Assembly: GCA_009691445.1 (NCBI GenBank)
Contig: SICL01000001.1
Coordinates: 65,738-129,737 of the forward strand
Reading direction: 5' to 3'
Origin: Candidatus Taenariivivens baikalensis
GTDB lineage: Bacteria; Omnitrophota; Omnitrophia; Omnitrophales; Aquincolibacteriaceae
DNA: 64,000 nt
Below the pieces are notes generated by a model. That model had not been told where the DNA came from. It ran no database searches and worked only from the letters and a program-made list of their open reading frames with translations. This document shows positions 57,567-64,000 of this stretch, in pieces. Within the stretch, counting starts at the first letter, position 1, and each line of letters starts with the position of its first letter. Made by a program: the position numbers and the translations under genes.

Positions 57567-58639
57567 TGCAGGCCCATCTTTCTGATGATCGCCTTCAGGA
57601 ATCCCCTTCTGTTTATCCAAAAGAAAATAGGAGCAATTCAGAGGCTGATGTTTTGTCGGACTTTAATTTATTTTTTTCAGGGAAAAAGATTCTTGTCACC
57701 GGGGCCAGCGGATATATCGCCCATACCCTTATTGAAAGACTGTCGCATTTTAAATGCGAACTCTATCTTTCATCCCAGCATCCCGACCAGATCACACCAC
57801 CACCCCTCAATTTGGGGTTGCTCAAATTCATGTCTCTTTCTTCTGATTTTTCCCTGCACACCTTTCAGAACATCGTTCCTGAATTGGATATAATTTTTCA
57901 TCTCAGCGCCCAGACAAATCTAACCTGTTCTTTTCAAAATCCTGGGCAAGATTTTATTGCGAATGTCTTGCCACTGGTCCACATTTTGGAGGCCGCGAAA
58001 AGACGCCAGAAACCTCTCGCGGTCATTCTGGCAAGTACCGTCACCATCTTCGGTATCCCCAATAAAATCCCTGTCAATGAATCATGCCCCGATCACCCAA
58101 TGACCTTTTACTGTTTCCATAAAAAACTGGCCGAGGATTATCTGAAAAGCTATACGGATGGTTCCTGGGTGACCGGCGCTTCTCTGAGGCTGCCAAATAT
58201 TTATGGACCGGGGCCAAAATCGAGCAATACAGAGCGCGGGGTCCTGAATCAGATGATTCGCAAATCCATCCAAGGCCACCCCCTTACCATCTATGGAGAG
58301 GGCCGAGAAATCAGGGATTATCTCTACATCGAAGATGCCGTGGACGCATTCCTATACTCTGCGCTGAATCATACACGGTTGGTGGGAAAGCCTTACGTGA
58401 TTGGTTCCGGGCACGGGTCTTCGATAAGTCAAAGCATTTCCCTTGTGGCGGAAAGAGTTGGGTCCTATCTGAGTCGAAATATTTCAATCGAGCACATTGA
58501 TCATCCGGAGAATAACTACGCCATCAACGAGAGGAATTTCGTGGCCGACGCTCAATTGTTTGCATCTCTGACGGGGTGGAAGGCCCGTACCTCCCTATCC
58601 GATGGCATTGCTCAAACGCTAAAAAGTTACTTAATATGA
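57563..58639 (+). CDS. Extended-SDR NAD-dependent epimerase/dehydratase
   Basis: 'ILVTGASGYIAHTL' and the YxxxK catalytic dyad (YCFHK). Confidence 0.8.
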   Translation: MMQAHLSDDRLQESPSVYPKENRSNSEADVLSDFNLFFSGKKILVTGASGYIAHTLIERLSHFKCELYLSSQHPDQITPPPLNLGLLKFMSLSSDFSLHTFQNIVPELDIIFHLSAQTNLTCSFQNPGQDFIANVLPLVHILEAAKRRQKPLAVILASTVTIFGIPNKIPVNESCPDHPMTFYCFHKKLAEDYLKSYTDGSWVTGASLRLPNIYGPGPKSSNTERGVLNQMIRKSIQGHPLTIYGEGREIRDYLYIEDAVDAFLYSALNHTRLVGKPYVIGSGHGSSISQSISLVAERVGSYLSRNISIEHIDHPENNYAINERNFVADAQLFASLTGWKARTSLSDGIAQTLKSYLI

Positions 58640-59604
58640 AAATTCTAATATTGGGCGGAGCTGGATTTCTTGGAACTAATCTTACACGAGGCTGGCTTGG
58701 GAATCCCGATGCTCAAGTCACAGTTCTCGATAGTTTTGATAACCGTTTTCAGTCCAACAAAAAATCCTTGGATGATGTGTGGGAGAAAATTAGTGTCGTT
58801 CGAGGATCTATATTAGACGAAAGACTTCTCGCTGAAATCGTTCCTCAACATGATGTGATCTATCACCTCGCCGCCCAGTCTTCCCACACCCTTTCGTTAA
58901 AACAACCGATTCTTGACGCTGAAATTAATTGTCTAGGAACTTTGAAGCTCCTTGAAAGTATCCGTTTATTTCATCCCGAGGCTTTAGTTATTTATCCATC
59001 CAGCACGACAAGCGTAGGAAAAGCTGAGGAAGACATCATCGACGAAAATCATTCCGAGAAACCTCTTGAAATATACTCTGCCAATAAAGGCGTCTCAGAA
59101 AAATATTTCCAAATTTACAACCTCGTTCACGGACTTAAGACCATCGTCTTTCGCTTTAGCAACCTTTACGGCCCTTACGGAAAAGCTTCTGCCGAGTTTG
59201 GATTTATCAATCATTTCATTTATCAAGCGCTCAATCATCGGCCCCTGACCATTTTTGGCTCGGGGGAACAGATCCGTAATGTCCTGTACGTGGGCGACGC
59301 GGTCGAACTTTTGATGTCAGCGGCATATCAACCGCAACTGTGCGGACAGCTTGCTCAGGCAACAAGCCCCCATCACCACTCTGTCCGTCAAATTGCTCAA
59401 ACCATTGTGGAAACTTTTCAGTCGGGACATGTCGTCTATGAAACCTGGCCGAATGAAAGAAAGCGCATTGACGTGGAAAGCGTCCGCTTTTCCTCCGAAA
59501 AACTCCGCGCCCTTACGGGGTGGAGCGCCCCCACTGATCTTGTCACGGGCATTCGAAGAACATGTGAAATTCTTCTTTCTTCTGAGTCTCGGGAACGACC
59601 TTGA
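58636..59604 (+). CDS. Extended-SDR NAD-dependent epimerase/dehydratase
   Basis: 'ILILGGAGFLGTNL', YSANK. ATGA overlap upstream. Confidence 0.8.
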   Translation: MKILILGGAGFLGTNLTRGWLGNPDAQVTVLDSFDNRFQSNKKSLDDVWEKISVVRGSILDERLLAEIVPQHDVIYHLAAQSSHTLSLKQPILDAEINCLGTLKLLESIRLFHPEALVIYPSSTTSVGKAEEDIIDENHSEKPLEIYSANKGVSEKYFQIYNLVHGLKTIVFRFSNLYGPYGKASAEFGFINHFIYQALNHRPLTIFGSGEQIRNVLYVGDAVELLMSAAYQPQLCGQLAQATSPHHHSVRQIAQTIVETFQSGHVVYETWPNERKRIDVESVRFSSEKLRALTGWSAPTDLVTGIRRTCEILLSSESRERP

Positions 59605-60542
59605 AGATTGTTATCACGGGAGCTTTAGGATATATCGGTTCTAAACTTATCCAAGAAATCCAAAAAAAAATTCCTAGAGCACGGCTGATCTTGATTGATA
59701 ATTTGATGACTCGAAATCAGGCATCTCTTTCAGACCTACCTGGCCATGTGCCGTATGAATTCCATAAAATCGATGTACTACACGATGATTTGAGTCCCTA
59801 TTTTCAAGACGCTCAGTTTGCGGTTCATTTAGCCGCAGCGGTCGATCCTCAAAACTATCCCACCGAAAATCTTTCAAACCACCGCATGACACAGCGGGTT
59901 GCAGAGGAATGCCTAAAAAACCACACGACTCTTATCTTCCCATCAACCACGAGTGTTTATGGTGTTTCGCACCCCCACCTCTGCGAATCTGAGGACTCGA
60001 ATACGGTTCACCCGCAAACTCCCTACGCCCACGATAAACGCATCTCAGAACTTTATTTTCACGGCCTTGCAGCGGAAGGCCTTCGTTTTGTCATCTTTCG
60101 ATTTGCGACAATTTTCGGAGTTTCCCCGGGACTTCGCTACCAAACCGCGATTGGAAAGTTCTGCCAGGATGCTGTCATGAACCATCAAATCGCTGTTTGG
60201 AGCTCAGCGCTCCATCAGTACCGTCCCTATTTAGACCTTGAGGATGCCGTGCAAGCCATTCTCTTCGCCCTTACCAACCAGCTGGATACCGGCGAAATCT
60301 TTAATCTGGCAAGCCTTCACGCAACGGCAAAGGAAGTTCTTGATCTCATCGCTTGTTCTGCTTCATTTGAGACAAAATTAGTTCCGTCACCACTTATGAA
60401 CAATCTCAGTTATCAGATTTCGTGTGAAAAAATTTGCCGGAAGGGATTTGTGTTTCGTGGAAATTTAGAAGCTGGAATTAGAGATACAATCGATGTACTC
60501 CGATATCAGGAATCAGACCTTTTCAACAAAAACAGGGTTTGA
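59601..60542 (+). CDS. Extended-SDR NAD-dependent epimerase/dehydratase
   Basis: 'IVITGALGYIGSKL', YAHDK. TTG start overlapping the upstream stop (TTGA). Confidence 0.7.
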   Translation: MKIVITGALGYIGSKLIQEIQKKIPRARLILIDNLMTRNQASLSDLPGHVPYEFHKIDVLHDDLSPYFQDAQFAVHLAAAVDPQNYPTENLSNHRMTQRVAEECLKNHTTLIFPSTTSVYGVSHPHLCESEDSNTVHPQTPYAHDKRISELYFHGLAAEGLRFVIFRFATIFGVSPGLRYQTAIGKFCQDAVMNHQIAVWSSALHQYRPYLDLEDAVQAILFALTNQLDTGEIFNLASLHATAKEVLDLIACSASFETKLVPSPLMNNLSYQISCEKICRKGFVFRGNLEAGIRDTIDVLRYQESDLFNKNRV

Positions 60543-61808
60543 CATCACTCGCCCCCCTGTCCTGACCTCGCCCTGAACTCGGTAATAAATCAAAGGACCA
60601 TCCTCAAACGCGTTGGGATCTTCCCATCCAAAAGATGGCTTAGTTTTAGAAAGTGCATCTTCATAAACGACTTGTCCATTTCGGATCACCTGAACATTAA
60701 CTTCATCTCCCGACTTTTTCTCGGTGACCAATCCGATCTCAACAAAAATCCTGGGTTGTCCGGTGCAAATAAGCGTTTCACCCATTCCTGATTTTTTTTC
60801 CGACGCCGAGTCAGAAATGAAAAAATCATTAAGACGGAGATCGGTATGTTTAATTTTTCGAATATAAAAACTTCCCCGCTTGATTGAATCTAAAATGGCC
60901 TCGGGGGTGCGCGCCGTTGCTCGAACAAAATTATCCCATTTCCCAAAATTCTCTTGAAACGTTTTCTTATGAATGACCCCCTCCGCAAAGGCCCAAACAG
61001 GTTGAGAGCGACGCTTCCGGCAGTATTTGTAAAGAAGCTGGTCCCAAATCCCACCGACTCGGCCCGTCTCCACAGTTCCATCGGGAAAAATGCCAACTCC
61101 TGTGTAATTTTCTGTATCCAACAATGCCTGGCTGTAAGCAGGGGTTTTAAAATAAATTGGTCCGATTTTAAAATTCGAGCCAAAAACCTCGTCAGGAGTG
61201 GACCAAATCGTGATGCCCTGATGAGCTTGGACATAATCGATCAGGACTTGATACGGTTTTGCCCCCTCCCTTTTAGGGCCTAAGTTTCGGGTGAGATTCC
61301 CATTTTCAATCGTTGGTAGATTCTGAAGGGATGGAGCATCCAAACCCGCCACTAGAATATTTTTCTGCAGGTCATGGACGGTCCAATCTTGTGACCATAA
61401 ACTGCCACTCCACCAATAATACGGTGTGACCTCGGCACCGGGAATCGCTAAGACTTCGGGATAAGTTTGGTTGAACTCATCCGTGGCTTGAAAATAGCGG
61501 GAAACGCCGTACTTCACGGCCGATGGTTTCTCGTGACTCCATTGAAGGAACGGAATCGGCGGAACTAATCGCACCGTCACTTTTTGCTGGAAATATTCAG
61601 TCAGAAGTAGAACATCGACATCTTTTTCTTTAGCAAATTGGGCATAATCTTCGAGGGAATATTCATCTTCCCCGCTGATCTGCGAATGAGCATGCAAAAT
61701 CACACGATAATCGTGCAGGCCGGAACTTGAAAAAGCAAAAACTGGGAATGCCGACAACAAGAGTGCGGGGAAGATAAAAAAAAGATAAAAGTTATTGTTT
61801 TTGCGCAT
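60513..61808 (-). CDS. Secreted PHP-domain-like phosphoesterase family protein
   Basis: Signal peptide; 'VILHAHSQISGEDEYSLEDYAQFAKEKDVDVLLLTEY' resembles the PHP 'hHhH..S.G......e....a...g...hahTDH' N-terminal motif. Confidence 0.45.
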   Translation of the reverse strand: MRKNNNFYLFFIFPALLLSAFPVFAFSSSGLHDYRVILHAHSQISGEDEYSLEDYAQFAKEKDVDVLLLTEYFQQKVTVRLVPPIPFLQWSHEKPSAVKYGVSRYFQATDEFNQTYPEVLAIPGAEVTPYYWWSGSLWSQDWTVHDLQKNILVAGLDAPSLQNLPTIENGNLTRNLGPKREGAKPYQVLIDYVQAHQGITIWSTPDEVFGSNFKIGPIYFKTPAYSQALLDTENYTGVGIFPDGTVETGRVGGIWDQLLYKYCRKRRSQPVWAFAEGVIHKKTFQENFGKWDNFVRATARTPEAILDSIKRGSFYIRKIKHTDLRLNDFFISDSASEKKSGMGETLICTGQPRIFVEIGLVTEKKSGDEVNVQVIRNGQVVYEDALSKTKPSFGWEDPNAFEDGPLIYYRVQGEVRTGGRVMSNPVFVEKV

Positions 61809-62712
61809 AAACCGTCATGGAGGAACCGCGAATAATTTTTCCATTTGAAAATCGATAAAGAATCTCAAACAGTCCGTACCAAAGATGCCTGCGAAGCAAC
61901 TCGAAAGGGGTCCCCGTCTTCCGTGGTATCCCATTGCGAATATCCAAAACCTTAAACCCATACTTGATCAGAAATCGGCTCATCGTTTGCGGGCTGTAAT
62001 CGAACAAGTGCCGGGGGGGATTTATTAAAAAAAAGCGTCCAAGCCCTAAAACACCAAGCCATTGGTCAATCGACGCATTCTGATTGGGAACTCGGATGAT
62101 CAAGAGTCCTCCAGGTTTCAAGAACTGAGCGGCCAGAGCAAGAATCTTCTCCGGATTTGGCACATGTTCCATGACATACCATAAGGTGACAACGTCATAC
62201 GGGGCGTCAGCCGTGGGGTCCAGAGATTCAATGACACCCTGGACAACATCGAGTCCTAAATTCTGACGAGCATGTTTAACCGCTTCAGAAGATGGCTCAA
62301 CTCCCTTCGTCGTCCATCCTTTCTTACGCATTAAATCGAGAAAAAAGCCCATGCCGCAGCCAACATCTAAAATTCTTGGTGGGTTCGAAAGTATAAGACC
62401 ATGACTGGCCTGAAAATCCATGATTCGATAAAGCCCCTCGATTAAAAATATTTGGGACATTTGCTTCTGCCACAAAGGAGCCGATTCGGAAGGGAAATAA
62501 TTTTCATAGAATCTCATAAGCCCCTGAGCATCCGGGCGAGGATTCGCGAAGGCTAAGGAACAATTTCGACAACGCACAATTGGGATCAGTTGCTCTACCA
62601 CGAGACGCTTGAAGTCCTTTCCACCGCAAAGCGGGCAAAGAATAAATTCAAGATTATATCCTCCTTGAAATTCCAGGTTTTCCAATGGCGTATTCTTGGC
62701 GACATGCTTCAT
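61792..62712 (-). CDS. Class I SAM-dependent methyltransferase with N-terminal Cys4 zinc ribbon
   Basis: 'CPLCGG...CRNCSLAF' followed by 'ILDVGCGMGFFLDLM'. Start trimmed to Met-30 (abuts the upstream stop). Confidence 0.75.
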   Translation of the reverse strand: MKHVAKNTPLENLEFQGGYNLEFILCPLCGGKDFKRLVVEQLIPIVRCRNCSLAFANPRPDAQGLMRFYENYFPSESAPLWQKQMSQIFLIEGLYRIMDFQASHGLILSNPPRILDVGCGMGFFLDLMRKKGWTTKGVEPSSEAVKHARQNLGLDVVQGVIESLDPTADAPYDVVTLWYVMEHVPNPEKILALAAQFLKPGGLLIIRVPNQNASIDQWLGVLGLGRFFLINPPRHLFDYSPQTMSRFLIKYGFKVLDIRNGIPRKTGTPFELLRRHLWYGLFEILYRFSNGKIIRGSSMTVYAQKQ

Positions 62713-63617
62713 CAGAGAGATTTCCTTGTGGTTACAAATAAGGACGGCCCCAGAACCTTCCCCGTTATCCGGTGGAGAACCTTTGCCAGAGCATAACATA
62801 AACGCGTCACTATTCTTGACCCCGTCGGCCCCAGAAGAGCGACAAGGACTTGAGGTTCCGCGTCCAACGGCGAGTTGCTAATTTTTGTTTCGGTAAATCC
62901 TTTTGTTTGCAAAAAATGTTTGATGGAAACCGTATCAAACATACAAAGATGAAAAACCGTCGGCTCACGTTGATCACGAGGGATCAAATAGACTGATTTC
63001 AAAAATCCAAGAAATCGGTGGAGACCCAAATGAAAAGTCGCATTCGAGACACGCAAAACTAAAAGACCTCCGGGCTTGATCACTTGAAAAATTTCCTCAA
63101 GCTGCTCCGCCGGATCCCACATTTGATCAAGCACATTCCAAAGTGTCACCACAGAAAATTCATTGGGAGGGAAATGTGAATTTTTCAACTCAGCCTGAAT
63201 CACTGATAGATCAAGCGATTCCCTGGCATGCCGAATAGCCGCCTCGGAAAGCTCGATACCCGTGACTTCCCAGCCATGGCTTCGAGCCAAATCGAGAAAA
63301 AAACCGCCGCCGCAACCCACATCCAGCAATTTCCGCTCCGAAATACTCGCTTCGATCTTATTGAGAGCAAATTGAAAAAAACGTGTTCGATTATCCTTCC
63401 ACTCGCGAAAATCTGCCCGTTCAAAATACTCCTTCTCATAAAAAGTTTTTTCGTGGCTCAGAGAAGGCCGGGGATTCAGATAGGCTAAACCGCAAATTTG
63501 GCACCGAACCAGATCCGTCATAATCCGTATCGGTGAGGAGAAAACTTTTGTAACCGTTGCCGCCTCTGTCCTGTGGCACCCTGGGCACGAGACAGGTTGA
63601 GTTTGAAGGTTTGTCAT
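62712..63617 (-). CDS. Class I SAM-dependent methyltransferase with N-terminal Cys4 zinc ribbon (paralog of the preceding gene)
   Basis: 'CPGCH...CQICGLAY' followed by 'LLDVGCGGGFFLDLA'. Same architecture as 61792..62712. Confidence 0.75.
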   Translation of the reverse strand: MTNLQTQPVSCPGCHRTEAATVTKVFSSPIRIMTDLVRCQICGLAYLNPRPSLSHEKTFYEKEYFERADFREWKDNRTRFFQFALNKIEASISERKLLDVGCGGGFFLDLARSHGWEVTGIELSEAAIRHARESLDLSVIQAELKNSHFPPNEFSVVTLWNVLDQMWDPAEQLEEIFQVIKPGGLLVLRVSNATFHLGLHRFLGFLKSVYLIPRDQREPTVFHLCMFDTVSIKHFLQTKGFTETKISNSPLDAEPQVLVALLGPTGSRIVTRLCYALAKVLHRITGKVLGPSLFVTTRKSL

Positions 63618-64000
63618 TCCAGTATTCCCTTTTGCGACAGCAACGCGGCATACAAGGCAAAAAGTTTTTCGACCGAGAGATCGACATCAAAAACCTCTTC
63701 CATCCGCCTCCGTCCATTTTGTCCTAACTCTCTGGCCTTTTGAGGATGCTTTAAAAGATACACGACACCCTCGGCAATCGCCTGAGCATCTTTTTCCGGA
63801 ACAAGGATACCCGTTTTTTGATGATGAATAATTTCAGGGATACCTCCTACGGATGTGGCAACCACCGGACGCTCCGCCACCATAGCTTCAACCATCGCCC
63901 TAGGAAGCCCGTCCCAAAGCGAAGTCTGCACGCAACAATCAAAGATGGGAAGAAGTGCTTCCACATTCGTTTGAAAGCCGGTAAAAACCACCTGATTATC
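63614..64000 (-). CDS. Glycosyltransferase family 4 (GT-B, GT1-type C-terminal domain), 3' part; gene continues beyond right edge
   Basis: 'SLWDGLPRAMVEAMVAERPVVATSVGGIPEII' matches the E-x7-E/'EGFG.P..EAMA.G.PVV' motif of GT4 enzymes. Confidence 0.75.
   Translation of the reverse strand, partial: DNQVVFTGFQTNVEALLPIFDCCVQTSLWDGLPRAMVEAMVAERPVVATSVGGIPEIIHHQKTGILVPEKDAQAIAEGVVYLLKHPQKARELGQNGRRRMEEVFDVDLSVEKLFALYAALLSQKGILE

Noticed and set aside
1-64000. CRISPR arrays, rRNA/tRNA genes, insertion sequences or integrases
   Set aside because: No spacer-repeat periodicity was noticed, and no intergenic gap is large enough for structured RNA genes. The largest gaps are ~135-190 bp at 41489..41681 and 43029..43201, and both are AT-rich promoter-like sequence. 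No transposase or recombinase motifs appear in any frame.

Overview
This 64-kb window of a bacterial chromosome is about 46-48% GC, densely coding, and shows no rRNA, tRNA, CRISPR or transposase/integrase signatures. From the left, minus-strand housekeeping genes run in order: a GH1 beta-glucosidase fragment cut by the window edge, lepA-lepB, rpe, an M16 peptidase, ruvX, an isolated trpBA pair, a BatD/BatE-like pair, two putative zinc peptidases, an EEP nuclease/phosphatase and plsC. A short plus-strand island (a DUF59/SufT-like protein and a TPR protein) precedes uvrD. The gcvT-H-PA-PB operon follows, with a lipoate-ligase-like gene attached. Next comes a division/cell-wall (dcw) cluster, murE-murF-mraY-murD-ftsW-murG-murC-murB-ddl-ftsQ-ftsA. 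It has no ftsZ, ftsI, ftsL, mraZ or rsmH at either end. Its ftsL/ftsI position is instead occupied by two small envelope proteins, one of them an Lpp-like lipoprotein. Upstream of the dcw cluster lie a GAF/HD-GYP protein with a degenerate HD dyad, dgt, a HIT hydrolase, a DUF234-type ATPase and a two-component system, followed by an FAD oxidoreductase and a DUF255 thioredoxin-like protein. The second two-component gene is a degenerate-receiver::YvcK/CofD-like fusion. The most unusual region is 49.0-60.5 kb. It is a divergently promoted locus with two PqqD-like RiPP-recognition-element proteins and a UPF0489-like/TPR protein on one side. On the other side is a nine-gene, translationally coupled plus-strand operon. 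That operon encodes an S24/S26-peptidase::GNAT fusion, a Pol-beta-type nucleotidyltransferase, an ABC-2 exporter, an FAD amine-oxidase-like enzyme, a TylC3-like sugar C-methyltransferase and three tandem SDR epimerase/dehydratases. It is followed by a secreted PHP-domain protein, two paralogous Zn-ribbon methyltransferases and a GT4 glycosyltransferase fragment. I read this as a candidate undescribed peptide (RiPP-like) tailoring/export system coupled to deoxysugar chemistry. No precursor peptide or canonical RiPP core enzyme was found in the window.
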